DNA from: an uncultured Nitrososphaerales archaeon
GTDB taxonomy: Archaea > Thermoproteota > Nitrososphaeria > Nitrososphaerales > Nitrososphaeraceae
Assembly: GCA_963713605.1 (NCBI GenBank)
Contig: CAVQMO010000010.1
Span: 960,001 to 1,024,000, forward strand
Length of the DNA stretch: 64,000 bases
Reading direction: 5' to 3'
In this document: positions 1 to 11,576 of the stretch, piece by piece
Layout: every line of letters begins with the position of its first letter
Numbering within the stretch: the stretch's first letter is position 1
The notes under the pieces: model-generated
Database searches by the model: none
What the model saw: only the letters and a program-made list of their open reading frames with translations
Told to the model about the DNA's origin: nothing
Program-made: the position numbers and the translations under genes

Positions 1-1157
1 GCGTTTCCTCCACCAATGACGGTCACCTCTTCTCCTTGACACAATTGCGCTTCCATAGGAGTGGCAGCGTAATAGACACCTGCGCCTTCAAAGCGCGGCA
101 ATTTTTCGCACTGTGGCTTCCGATAGGCCGCCCCGGTTGCAATCACAACGGTACGTGCAGGAATTCTAACTCCATTCTCGACTTCAACAGCGTAAGGTTT
201 ATGGTCGCAGTGGAGCCGAATGCCCTTGGTGATGAGAATCTCTGCGCCGAACTTCTGTGCCTGCAGATATGCTCGACTAGCAAGCTCCTGGCCTGGGATA
301 CCAGTGGGGAATCCCAAGTAATTTTCAATTTTTGAGCTTGAACCTGCCTGACCACCAGGTGAACCCGTTTCCAACACTAGAACATCTAGACCTTCTGAAG
401 CGCCATATACTGCAGCAGCCAATCCAGAGGGACCAGCGCCGATTATGATGAGATCGCGCACCTGGGTCTGATTAATAGATTCGTTGAAGCCAAGACAGTC
501 CGCAATTTCCTGCTGACGGGGATTCCTGAGTACCACTTGGCCACGGCAAATCACCACTGGTATCTCGCTGGCTGCGAGATGGAAACTGTCCAACATATTC
601 TGTACGTCGGGGTCATGTTCGAGGTCTATGTAGGAGTATGGATGTCCATTCCGCATCAAAAACTCTTTAATTCGAAGCGTATCAGCAGAATATGTCGAGC
701 CAATAAGAACAATGTCCCCAACACCAGCGGTTATCAACTCCGCTCTACGTAGGATGAAAGCCCTCATCATAATCTCCCCAAGTTCAGCATCAGTCTGCAC
801 TAATGTAAGCATATGCTGCCGATCTAGTTCTATCACCTTACCCGGCTTAGTGGCACGCAAACGGAACATGGTCCGTCGGCCGGACAGCGTGCCGACCTCG
901 CCAGTGAACTGGCCAGAGCGATGTACGGTAACGAGAGTCTCAACGGCTCCCGAAGGGCGCAGAACCTCGAGCTCGCCAGAGACAACTACAAAGAATGACG
1001 CGGAGCTATCTCCCTGGTCGTAGAGAATTTCGCCACGCTTTATCGTACGTGTGCGACCGTGTGGTGTGATACGACGAATCTGTGTCGGTGTTAATTTTGG
1101 AAATATTTGCTCTATACGAGCTCTATTTAGCGGAAGAACCCTACGTGTATTATTCAT
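1..1157 (-). CDS. cNMP-binding-domain thioredoxin-reductase-like FAD oxidoreductase (3' end runs off the window)
   Basis: Manual minus-strand translation from ATG 1157: MNNTRRVLPLNRARIEQIFPKLT...GEILYDQGD..FFVVVSGELEV..GQFTGEVGTLSGR (cNMP domain), a glutaredoxin-like segment, DLIIIGAGPSGLAAAVYGASEG..GGQAGSSSKIENYLGFPTG (FAD site) and VTVIGGGN (NADPH site). Missing from the ORF track because it has no stop in the window. Confidence 0.9.
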   Translation of the reverse strand, partial: MNNTRRVLPLNRARIEQIFPKLTPTQIRRITPHGRTRTIKRGEILYDQGDSSASFFVVVSGELEVLRPSGAVETLVTVHRSGQFTGEVGTLSGRRTMFRLRATKPGKVIELDRQHMLTLVQTDAELGEIMMRAFILRRAELITAGVGDIVLIGSTYSADTLRIKEFLMRNGHPYSYIDLEHDPDVQNMLDSFHLAASEIPVVICRGQVVLRNPRQQEIADCLGFNESINQTQVRDLIIIGAGPSGLAAAVYGASEGLDVLVLETGSPGGQAGSSSKIENYLGFPTGIPGQELASRAYLQAQKFGAEILITKGIRLHCDHKPYAVEVENGVRIPARTVVIATGAAYRKPQCEKLPRFEGAGVYYAATPMEAQLCQGEEVTVIGGGN

Positions 1158-1230
1158 AGTGGTTGTCGTTTCCAGTATGGTCGCTCTTCGCTAGTCATCG
1201 CTAGGAACTTTCCGGAGTTGTCCATATGGA

Positions 1231-1330
1231 CAGCAATTTTATGTATCACATTCTGTAGTATGGCCCTCATTCTAATATGCTTGACGTATTGTTAAATCGT
1301 ATGAATTGCTATAGGTACGTATGGCTGATC
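1231..1330. repeat. ~100 bp dispersed non-coding repeat, copy 1 (copy 2 at 22851-22950)
   Basis: 1266-1310 is identical over 45 nt to 22886-22930 (CTCATTCTAATATGCTTGACGTATTGTTAAATCGTATGAATTGCT); flanks are similar with substitutions. Confidence 0.9.
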
Positions 1331-1490
1331 AACTGGAAAGCGATACTAATAAAACGCATCAATTGGATTCAGAAATAATATCCTGATATGATTAGTAGCC
1401 CTGCATTCCAATCTAATTGAGACGATGAGAGATCATCCTAGCCTTATTGCTATTATGATTCTATGACTCCCACTACTGATTCAGGTGGAT

Positions 1491-1570
1491 AGCTACCAAT
1501 GATGAGGATGATGATGTCTTAGCCCAAGAACTATCTAGAGAGCACATGTAAATGCCAAAATAGTCCATCA
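1491..1570 (-). pseudogene. degenerate copy of the 3' end of ltrA
   Basis: GATGAGGATG..TCTTAG..CAAGAACTATCT..AG.GCACAT.TAAATGCCAAAATAG aligns with ~5204-5295, the 3' end of the ltrA-like gene. Confidence 0.75.
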
Positions 1571-1838
1571 ACTGGACTGGAACCTTAGGTAGGTGACAAG
1601 TGCTACTGCTGTAGATAACTGAAAAAAGCTGAGCTGAATCTGAAGAGAGTGAAAATCGCCAGCGTGATCAGAGAACTTCAATTACATATCATTTTCTGCC
1701 CTGCAAATATACAACTGGCTACTCAGCATAGTGGATGGAGTTATGACTCATTTTGAACTATATTTTACTTCTAACTCAAATACAGGCTAATGAGTCAATA
1801 GTTAAATAGAATTACAACCAATAGTTGAAGCGAATTCT

Positions 1839-2775
1839 ATGAAGGTCGGTCTTGTATTACCTCATCTTGGCACTGAGAGGTACAAAAGAGAGTATTGAAA
1901 AAATAGCGGTTGGAGCTGAAAATGAAGGCTTTGATTCATTGTGGGTTGCAGAAAGGCTTCTATGGCCGCTAAAACCCCAGACACCATATCCGGCGACGGA
2001 AGATGGGACCTTACCCACTTTTTATCAAAGAGTATTAGATCCGTTAGAAACACTTACTTTTGTAGCCGGCAAGACAGAAAGAATAGCATTAGGCACTTCA
2101 GTCATTGATATGTTATTCCATAATCCTGTAGTTTTGGCAAAAAGGTTTGTTACACTGGATCTTCTTTCAAATGGTAGAGCGATATGCGGACTTGGTATCG
2201 GATGGTCTAAGGATGAATATCAAGCATCGAATATACCTTTTAAAGATAGAGGTAGGAGAGCGGATGAATTTGTACAAGTGTTAAAGAAAATATGGGAAGA
2301 CGACATTGTAGAGTTCCGTGGCCAGTTCTATAGCATACCATCTTCAAAGATTGGGCCCAAACCGGTGCAGAAGCCTTCAATTCCAATTTATCTAGGTGGC
2401 TATGTTCCTAATACGTTCGTTCGTATTGCCAAATATGCTGACGGATGGTTGGGATCTCACGCAGGTCCTATGGATTTTCTAGAGAAAAGTATAGCATCTT
2501 TGAATGAACAAGCAGTCCAGGTAAATAGAAATTCAAAAGGGTTTAAAAATACTGTACTAACATTTCCTCAACTAGTAACAAATTCGGGTCCCTCTAGTGA
2601 TAGTGCTAATGGTGATCAAAAACGAATTCCATTATCTGGAACAATCGATCAAATCGGCCAAGATATTAAGGATATAAAGTCTTTAGGATTCGAACAAATA
2701 GTTTTTGCATTCTCAGGATTGGAATTGGACAAAGTAATTGGAAAGGCAAAGGAACTTTCACAGTATGCCAGGTGA
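1839..2775 (+). CDS. LLM-class (luciferase-like, probably F420-dependent) oxidoreductase; 1-nt frameshift near 1880
   Basis: ATG 1839 gives MKVGLVLPHLG, then shifts into the 1852..2775 ORF: GFDSLWVAERLLWP, LDPLETLTFVAGKTERIALGTSV, LGIGWSKDEY, PKPVQKPSIPIYLGG. Confidence 0.85.
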
Positions 2776-2848
2776 TGAAATAATGATTAGAAAATAGTTG
2801 AGAGAAGGAAACTATGCATCTGGTTAATAATCTAGAGGAAATAGCGCC

Positions 2849-3908
2849 ATGAAAATTATGATTCATCAGCTCAGAGAACAAGATCTCGCGGAAGCAGATC
2901 GTATCTTCAGGTTGGCGTTTGGTACTTTCTTCGGACTTCCGGATCCCATGAGTTTCGCTGGGGATGCCGACTACGTAAGAACACGTTATTACGCTGACCC
3001 CTCTTCCGCCTATGGAGCAACGATTGTTGATAATAATGGAAGAAGTACGTAGTAATGGTAATGATAGTCGAAAACTCATAGGCTCAAATTTTATCGCTAA
3101 TTGGGGTAGCGTTGGATTCTTTGGACCACTTACTGTACATCCAGATTATTGGGACAAGGGCGTCGCTAGATCCCTGATGGAACCAACAATGCAACTTTTT
3201 TCTGAATGGAATACAAAATATTCTGGTCTCTTCACGTTTGCGCACAGCCCAAAACACTTATCCCTATATCAGAAGTATGGGTTCTGGCCATATTTTCTTA
3301 CAGCGGTTATGTCAAAGGTAGTTAGTCCGAGTATAGCTAAGAGCGTTAATAACGAGAGCCTACAATGGTCAAAGTATGCGGATGTATCTAATAGGGAGAA
3401 TGGAGGTGACGAATATTTAGTTAATGATTGCCATAGATTAACAACCGCTATTTACGATGGATTGGACTTAAGAGTTGAAATCATGTCTGTCATTAGGCAA
3501 AAGCTTGGAGATATAGTGTTGATTTGGGATCTTGATTCTAGTAATAATACTACTAGTAATAATAGAGACATCGCAGGATTTGCAATATGTCATTGCGGCA
3601 AGGGAACGGAGGCTGGTAGTAATACTTGCTACATCAAATTTGCTGCTGTTCGGCCGCCACCAACATCGGATAATGATGCTATATTTGTTGCTGATAACTT
3701 TGATAGATTAATTGATGCGTGCACGAGTTTTGCATCACATCAAGGGCTGTCCCGTCTGGTGGCCGGTGTCAACACAAGTCGTCTGCTAGCATATCGAAAG
3801 ATGTTATCAAAAGGATTTCGTATCGATATGTTAGGTATTACAATGCACAATGGAGTTGATGTCGGCTACAACAGGCCTGATGTATATGCTATTGATGACT
3901 GGCGATAA
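2849..3908 (+). CDS. tandem GNAT-family N-acetyltransferase; frameshift near 3040
   Basis: Two overlapping ORFs join into one protein: FFGPLTVHPDYWDKGVARSLM (acetyl-CoA motif A), LYQKYGF, and a second GNAT-like half. Confidence 0.8.
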
Positions 3909-4405
3909 GTAATTCATGGATCTGATTGCAAAATGTGCAAAACACGAAGTTCAACGATGCGTTCATGGGTTCTTCTTGTGCACCTACTGTGATAGGAGAG
4001 TTTTTTACATTTTCCATGGTTTTACATTTTGGTTATTATTATTGAGATTTGTATCGATCACATGTTATGTTCTATGTTGTAGCCTGCCCTCTAACCATGT
4101 CATATTCCTGTCGCTTCTATCTGTAAGTTCGCTACATAAACAATGATGTGAAAGCCTTATCTTTCCATTCTGTAAGACTGGCTGGTAATTGGGGAGATGG
4201 ATTTCATGTCCACTAGTTGGTTCGATAATGGTTTAGAACGGTCGTATTGTAATATATGGCTACCCCAGGTGTGAAGTATCTTGATATCATTTGAGGTGAA
4301 TAAACCTGACTCATTTTACCATCCCTATGCCAGCCGAAGCTCTATGAAAGAAAATCAATAGATTTACTCGATAGCTTTAAGAGGTTGAATTATGAAAATT
4401 AGCAT

Positions 4406-4873
4406 ATGGCAAATAGCAATTATGATGCAGCTGACATTGGAGAAGGTTCCTCGGCCAGTAGAAAGGACGAGATAATTAAAGGTCTAAATGAAGATCTCGC
4501 AAGAGAATACAAGGCAATTATTCAGTATGTGGTCTATAGTTCTACACTAAAGGGTGCGGAATATAGTGATATTGCAGAGCAGCTAAAAAAACACGCTTCG
4601 CAAGAGCTTGCACACGCATTAGAAGTAGCTAGACAGATTGACTATCTTGGAGGAGATCCGACTATGAAGGGAAAGGAGGCCGAATATTCACAGGATTCAA
4701 AGACAATGTTAGAATTAGATCTTAAAGCTGAGCAAGAAACTATCAAGAACTACAGGGAGAGAATTAGACAGGCAGAACGCTCAGGTGAATTTGCTCTCTC
4801 GGAGGCTTTAAGAGATATTATCAGGCAAGAACAAGACCATGAAATTGATTTAAAAGATGCTCTCGGATTGTGA
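4406..4873 (+). CDS. bacterioferritin-like (ferritin-like domain) protein, copy 1
   Basis: Ferroxidase-type pattern LAREYKAIIQY, QELAHA, AEQETIKNY, QEQDHE; Leu replaces the heme-ligand Met of classic Bfr (QEL versus DEM). Confidence 0.85.
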   Translation: MANSNYDAADIGEGSSASRKDEIIKGLNEDLAREYKAIIQYVVYSSTLKGAEYSDIAEQLKKHASQELAHALEVARQIDYLGGDPTMKGKEAEYSQDSKTMLELDLKAEQETIKNYRERIRQAERSGEFALSEALRDIIRQEQDHEIDLKDALGL

Positions 4874-5205
4874 TGATTACTAATCAATTTCATCAAGAAT
4901 TAATTTTGATAGGCCATACCCTTCTTTCTATTACCGCTATCTAGATGATAAAAGCAAGAACAAATTAGGATTGTAATATTTATTCGTCCTTGCATTCAAC
5001 ATCGCAATCTATCCCAACTTGGAGATCAGTCGAAGATAGAGAATACTGTACTCCCCACTGAAGTCATCATTATCATCATACATATTTTTTGTTAAGGATT
5101 TCGGGCGGTCAAGCGTCTCCAACTGAATTCTGGATAAACTTTTTCACATAACGAATCCTATTTCCAAAATAGAAAATAACTTGAAAATTACTTCAGCTCT
5201 ATCAG

Positions 5206-6385
5206 CTACCATAATCTAAAGATCCTATGATGAGGATGGTCTCTTAGATCAAGAACTATCTGAAGCGCACATATAAATGCCAAAATAGACATCAGAACCA
5301 CTGGAAGTAAGTACAAGCCTAGAATTGCTAGAGAAACTACAACAATGGCAGAGATAATCCTATACGTGGCCCATTTTTTTCTTGTCTTGGGTTCAACATC
5401 AGAATCTTCTACTGCTACGAGATGAAGTATAGCCTGAACTAGTAAACAGCATGATACCGAACCACAAATAAGCCAAAGATCTGAAAAGGGTAACGGGATT
5501 TCTTGGTTGCTTGATGCGACTTGTTTTATGCCAATCCCAATTGCCGCAAGCCCAACCACTAGAGGGAAGTGAATATACAGCCAAATATAGTATATTCCTC
5601 TTTTACCTTTTTCAGTAGCTGCTCTTATGGCAGAGCCTCCTACGTTGTCAAAGTATATCCACCACAGACTAAATGGAATACTTAGTCCTAGACCTACTGA
5701 CAAAGTTGAATAAATATCCCATTCATGACCAGCAAGACCAGCAACTACTCCTAATATTGATTCCCCTAGTACGATAATAACAAAAAGTCCCATACGTTCT
5801 GGTAAATGGGATATATTCGGTGCGAACTTGATGGCTAATTGGCCAGCTAAAAATGGCGTTATGAAATCTATGGTCAAGCCTATTCCCCATAAAATGAATC
5901 GTAAGGGTGGTGGTACAAACGCTGACACTACCCATATTGCAGCGGAAGATGCAAAGCAAATCGAGTACTTTTCTGTCAAGGGTCGCGCAAGGGGAATGCG
6001 CCGTCCAATACGAACATACTCTATAACTAAAAGAGATCTAATAGCCGCATATGAAAGGGCAAAACCAGCAGAGGTTTCACCAAGTCCATGTGTAACACTT
6101 ACAGCCATGGCGGTCTGCTTCCATCATCTGTAGTAAAGTCAATATTCTATGCGCCAGATCGTCAGTGCCAAATCTTGAAGCAAAAAAAGTAGCCCCAATC
6201 CATGCGAACCATACAGGAATGAAAAGTGCAATAAAGCTAAGTACGCCTGTCCAAGAAATATCGTGACTTAGATTTTCTGATAATTGCGATACTACTGCTA
6301 CAAAAACTAGATCATGGAATAGCTCAAGCCATGAAGCATGACGTTCCTTTTCTTCTTTTCGCTCAGCATTACCAGAATTCTTCAT
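5206..6385 (-). CDS. ltrA: low temperature requirement protein A family membrane protein; frameshift near 6110
   Basis: ERHASWLELFHDLVFVAVV at the N-terminus, HLPERMGLFVIIVLGESI and LWWIYFD; many TM segments across two ORFs. Confidence 0.85.
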
Positions 6386-6574
6386 TTTTATTGAATATCT
6401 AAAAATACTTTTTTGATTCGAATAAGGTATATACCTCTTGCATAAGTCTCTTCGCATGAATATAAAATTAATCAAGTCTAGACCATCCATTCGGTTGGCT
6501 GGAACAGCTAGAGAATTTTGGGAGTAGTGATCAAGGCTTAGGCTATTGTGTGAATCCCGACTCTGTTAATTCCT

Positions 6575-7042
6575 TTAATCTTGATACTCATCCACTAACA
6601 TTTTTGTTGGCAAACCATCAATCACATGCCAGGTTTCCACCATCTTACTATTTTGAATGCGGTATATACTTATGCCCCTATAGTTGATTATTTTTTCTGC
6701 TTGTTGATTGTTTGAGGTTGTTTTTGGTATCAATGTTCCCTTCCAATATGTGCCTACAAGATCCGGATAGGCTGCTGACGCAATCATTTCCTCCACTACA
6801 TAATTCAAGTCATCTAATCTATCCAAAGAATACTTAAGGTCATTTTTTGCTCCAGCAATTCCTTTTCCAGGAGAGCCCATGTAAGCAGATTGGCCATGGT
6901 CGACGTAATCAGAAGATATTATTTCATCAAGTATCGTTTCATTTTTATTATTATATGCTTCAAAATAGCGTTGAATAATTGACTTATTCAATTCAATTTG
7001 GGACATTATGTCATTAATATTCACACTGATGAATTCAACCAT
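6575..7042 (-). CDS. SnoaL-like (NTF2-fold) ester cyclase family protein
   Basis: NKSIIQRYFEAYNNKN..LDEIISSDYVDH; GISIYRIQNSKMVETWHVID. Confidence 0.75.
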   Translation of the reverse strand: MVEFISVNINDIMSQIELNKSIIQRYFEAYNNKNETILDEIISSDYVDHGQSAYMGSPGKGIAGAKNDLKYSLDRLDDLNYVVEEMIASAAYPDLVGTYWKGTLIPKTTSNNQQAEKIINYRGISIYRIQNSKMVETWHVIDGLPTKMLVDEYQD

Positions 7043-7604
7043 GTATTATTAAAGTTAGTGGTTACACCTGGAATCCAAGCTCAAAGTTATCTATGATCGC
7101 GAGCACTATGAAGAGTAAAGTTCTGTGCAGTACCAGGTTTTATTGAAGTCGACAATGTTATCGCAGGCATAATCACATAATAGGATCGTAGTATATATGC
7201 ATGATAGTTGTCCCATCCAATCGATATAGTACAAAATAATCAATATGCTGAAAGATAATGTGATATTCGGTCTTTTTTATGCCTCTTGTCTGCTCCAGAC
7301 TTGGGCCCCACTTGGTATTTTTTTACCGATAACATGTATCTCAATTCTCGCACATACGTCTGAACATCATATCATCACATGCTGAAAATTAGCATTGCTT
7401 CTGCTTAGAGCTAGACTTAGAAACTCCGCTCTTTTCAGATGCCTTGACTGTTCAAATATGGCTGGAATAGAAGCCTATATTCCTTTGCAGATCTCTAGTT
7501 ATTGTAGTAACATTAAAAACTAAAAAACTCCTTGTTCACATTACTACTACTTGTCATTATTATTACTATTATTTCCTTTGAGTGCCCATTTGAATTGTCA
7601 CTAA

Positions 7605-7925
7605 TTATTGGTGCTTTCTAATTAGTATGCTATCACCCTCAACCTTGACATCGTATGTGGGTTCTGGCTCGTTAGCGGGAGGATTTGTTACCTTGCCTGA
7701 CCTAACATCAAATTTGGAACCATGCCAAGGACATTCAACTTCATAACCCTCAAGCGAGCCATCTGCAAGGGGGCCACCCTCATGAGTACAAACGTTTCCA
7801 ATTGCGTAATATTTTCCATCGACGTTAGCAATACATACACTCCCCTCGCCTTCTAGGTCGACTTTCAGCATACTAGATGATTGGACGTCTTTTGTCTCTG
7901 CAACTTTTACAAAATCGTTATTCAA
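7605..7925 (-). CDS. Rieske [2Fe-2S] ferredoxin
   Basis: CTHEGGPL...VECPWHGSKFDVRSG. Confidence 0.9.
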   Translation of the reverse strand: MNNDFVKVAETKDVQSSSMLKVDLEGEGSVCIANVDGKYYAIGNVCTHEGGPLADGSLEGYEVECPWHGSKFDVRSGKVTNPPANEPEPTYDVKVEGDSILIRKHQ

Positions 7926-8106
7926 ATCTTACACCTCTCACATAATTAGAATAGGGGCCAAATGTTATATTGTTTTCTTTAATGCAGAGTAACTGAGTGA
8001 CTTGCTGAGGTCATCTAATCTGTCGTAATTTCTCTTCTAAGTCATTCTAGATTACTCTATTTTCATGAATAGAGTGTCAATTTTGTCAGTTGGTAGGCAA
8101 ACAAGA

Positions 8107-8289
8107 TTATGACTGCGTCAGATCCTGACTAGATATTTCCTGTAATCCTTTAAACCATACTGGCCCAATATTAGGATCCCCTTCGTCATCGATAGTACCT
8201 AATTGCAATATCAGTCTATTTTCGAGGAATCTATCAACCTCTTCTTTACCCATAGAAGAAGTACCATTAATCGGGCTAATGACTTTCAA
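8107..8289 (-). pseudogene. pyridoxamine 5'-phosphate oxidase-like (split barrel) N-terminal fragment
   Basis: MGKEEVDRFLENRLILQLGTIDDEGDPNIGPVWF, after which similarity stops abruptly. Confidence 0.65.
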
Positions 8290-8303
8290 TTATTCCCCCT
8301 TTT

Positions 8304-8774
8304 TCATATTGTAATTTTTATCCTATCTCCTTCAACCAGGACTTCATAGAGATGTTGATCGTATGTCTTGATAAAAGACATTAGTTGACCCGCATGTTCA
8401 AGATATTTTTGCCACGTTTTTGGAAGAGGTTCCATCTGCTGTGATGGTGTTAGAATAGGTTCCTTTACTTTCTTTCCTGTAGTAGCATCAAATCTCGCTC
8501 CATGGAAAGGACATGTTACAATACCGTCATTTGAAATACTTCCCATCGAGAGTCGTTCATTCATATGTCCACATCTATCATCAATTGCATAAAATTTACC
8601 GCCTATATTCGAAATCACTATTTTTTTTCCTTGCACTTCTACATATTTCATCTTTCCAACAGAGATTTCTTCTACCTTCCCAACTTCAACGAATCGCTGT
8701 TTTTGATGTTGTTTTTCGTTGAAATTACCAACATTATTTTCGGAAATCATCTTGTTATTATATTTTACTTGCAT
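8304..8774 (-). CDS. Rieske [2Fe-2S] domain protein with C-terminal insertion
   Basis: CGHMNERLS...VTCPFHGARFDATTG. Confidence 0.85.
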   Translation of the reverse strand: MQVKYNNKMISENNVGNFNEKQHQKQRFVEVGKVEEISVGKMKYVEVQGKKIVISNIGGKFYAIDDRCGHMNERLSMGSISNDGIVTCPFHGARFDATTGKKVKEPILTPSQQMEPLPKTWQKYLEHAGQLMSFIKTYDQHLYEVLVEGDRIKITI

Positions 8775-9874
8775 TATCTATTAAATATGTTAGTAATACT
8801 TCGCAGAGTTAGTATTGTGTGAATTACTTAGCAAATTGCAAATTACTAGCCATTTTTAATACTAACATTAACTTCAAAACTTAGGAAGTGCTCGAGTTTA
8901 GTATCTAATCGAGGTGATGTGAATTCGTATTTTAATTATTGGCGCTCTAATCCTTGCCTATCCCAGTTGGCACAGGTTGGAGCCGCCTGATAAGGTACTT
9001 TGCAAAAAAGATAGTAAGACATCGTCAGGGGAGTTCGCTTTACGCACTACATCATATGGCAACAAGAATTATCACCCATCCCGGCGTGGTAAAACGCTTC
9101 TGATGGTTGAATTGGATATTCCTTAAAGCCCTGAGGCTCGGGATACGCATAGGCATAAAATACTGGTTCATAAAAACGGACAAGATTGGAAAAGATAATT
9201 CAATCACTTCGCAGTCAACAACAACAACAACCGCAGGAAGAGGGAACACAGGTCGCAGATCCTATCAAGGACGGTGTAATGTACGGATAGATATTGCAAC
9301 TGCAAATAACTTAATTGAAAGATGTATCGCCCTTAGACATGTCATGCGAGTTTGTAGGCATTGATCAATTGCTCAAGTGTCGTACACTTCGGCCTATTGC
9401 ACTATATAATGAATGCAGGAAGAAGGAAACTTGTAAGCTACAGGTTAACATGCCTGCAAACATTAAGCCGATTTTGGTTGCCTACCCTTTATTTTGTATC
9501 AGTTGATACATATACTCCATTAATTATGTTAAAAAGCTTTTTAATTAAAGCTAAGATCGGAAGCAGCTTACCAACCTACCAAAGATTTTTGTCAGACGAT
9601 ATATGTTAGAGTATTATCAATATTATTTACACACCGTATTATAAAAGTGAATCTAGAGTGCTAAACCACTTATGTCAAATCAGTTATCAAAAAGAGATTG
9701 GACAATGAATACTGGGACATGTCGAATTTGGGCCACTGGTCAACCCTTTAGATTGAGTTTCCGATCAAAATACATTTACTGAGAATTCTTACCCAGCTTG
9801 ACTTACAATAAAAAGTATTTATCATGGCATAAAGATAAGCATGTATGTATTTGGCTGATATAACTATGCCAATT

Positions 9875-9907
9875 TATCAATATAAATATCAATATAAATA
9901 TCAATAT
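9875..9907. repeat. 12-bp tandem repeat (TATCAATATAAA x ~2.75) upstream of the redoxin gene
   Basis: Read directly from the sequence. Confidence 0.85.
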
Positions 9908-9974
9908 GCTTTTCTGGAGGCACATTTTTGGTGTTTAATAGTATTTCGTAAATCAATAATAAAACGAAAATAGA

Positions 9975-11346
9975 ATGAATATGTTTGCTAACGGAAACAA
10001 ATCTACGATGAATCGAGTCAATATTATTGCATTAGTAATCGGCATGACATTGATAGTTTCTGTTACCATTGGTTTTACAATACATTTCAATGGTCTTGGC
10101 CTTAATCAAGCTTGGTCAGTACAACAACAACAAAAAGATAAAGGGCTTGTCGTAGGTGGTGTTCATTCACCAGAATTTCAATCTGAGAAAAACTATACTA
10201 ATATGAAGAATGCTGTCCAAACCGGAATAACTCATCCTGTAATAACGGGTGGAGAAATGGTAATAACGGGTGGAGAAATGGTAGAAAATCATAATAAAAC
10301 TACAATGAAGCTTAATGCTACTCAATTCCAGCAAATCGACAAGACACAGTTTATGAAGGCTCCTGAATTTGCTCAAATCAGTGGCTATATAAACACACCT
10401 GAGAACAGCCCACTTACACTTTCATCTCTTAAAGGAAAAGTGGTGTTAGTATACATTTGGACTTATACATGCATTAATTCGATTCGTCCAATGCCGTATA
10501 TCCATGACTGGAATCAAAAATATTCTAATAATGACCTAGTTGTGGTTGGTGTTCATTCACCGGAATTTCAATTCGAGAAAAACTATACTAATGTGAAGGA
10601 TGCGGTCCAACGGTTTGGAATAAAATATCCTGTAGTACTAGACAGTGATCATGGAACTTGGAACGCATATCGAAATAATTATTGGCCCAGATATTACTTG
10701 ATTGATGCTCAAGGATATATAAGATATGATCACATTGGTGAAGGTGACTATAATCAAATAGAGAAATCAATTCAGTCTCTATTGGCTGAACGTGCTCGCT
10801 TTGATGGGCGCAAACGAAATAAGTTTCAATGCGGAACCTGCCACAGTAATTAACCCAGGAAGTTTGTATTATGTAGATCTAAGACAGAACACAACACCAG
10901 AAATTTACATAGGGTATAATACAGCCAGAAATCCACTTGGAAATCCTGAAGGCTTTAAACCGGATCAGACAGTTTCATATTCAATCCCATCAACTACAAA
11001 TTTTAGTCCTCACATTGCATATCTTCAAGGCAAGTGGAAAAACAATCCTGATAATATGGAATTGAAAAGTGATACTGGGCGCATTGTCTTGACATATTAT
11101 GGAAAGTCTGTAAACATAATAGCGGGAGGAAAGGGTGGAGGAGTTGTTTCTAATGACGAAGCAGGAGCAGCCACAGCACTAACATCAAACAATTCACTGG
11201 GGGAGGACCTATCACCCGATGGTAGTTTTAGAATTGACGGACAAAGGTTGTATAATTTAGCTATACACAACAACTACACTGCTCATAGTATTGTAATTGA
11301 TGTTAAGGGAAAAGGCTTTCAGTTCTATACCTTTACCTTCGGATAG
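9975..11346 (+). CDS. membrane-anchored DipZ-like redoxin (thioredoxin fold plus C-terminal beta domain); frameshift near 10795
   Basis: N-terminal TM; LKGKVVLVYIWTYTCINSIR, GVHSPEFQFEK, NNYWPRYYLID; the downstream ORF has TPEIYIGY, RLYNL and YTFTFG, typical of DipZ C-termini. Confidence 0.85.
10239..10283. repeat. 21-bp in-frame tandem duplication (VITGGEM x2)
   Basis: GTAATAACGGGTGGAGAAATG at 10239-10259 and 10260-10280. Confidence 0.9.
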
Positions 11347-11576
11347 ATAGCGGAGATGATACTAAAGTAGGCTTCTGTCCTCTTAGTTGGAACTTGGATA
11401 GACCGTTTTACTTGTTGAAAAATCAAGGTTTGCTTTTCCATAGTAAGTGACATATTATGCGAAAAAATAAGCCTTGTTAAGCGAGTTAAGTTGAAAGTCA
11501 ACGACAGCGTTAACTGCGCAACCTGAAAAACTTTTTTTACTTTCGATGGGAAATGCTTCATAACAGGTTAAAGACT

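Noticed and set aside
36..1023. Plus-strand ORFs 36..335, 537..752, 712..1023 and minus-strand 143..355
   Set aside because: Shadows or alternate frames of the minus-strand cNMP-TrxR gene.
4406..4873. Ferritin-like proteins as encapsulin cargo
   Set aside because: No encapsulin shell gene in the window and no recognisable targeting peptide.
10146..10636. Repeat pair as a possible DGR template/variable region
   Set aside because: Mismatches are not adenine-specific and there is no reverse transcriptase in the window.
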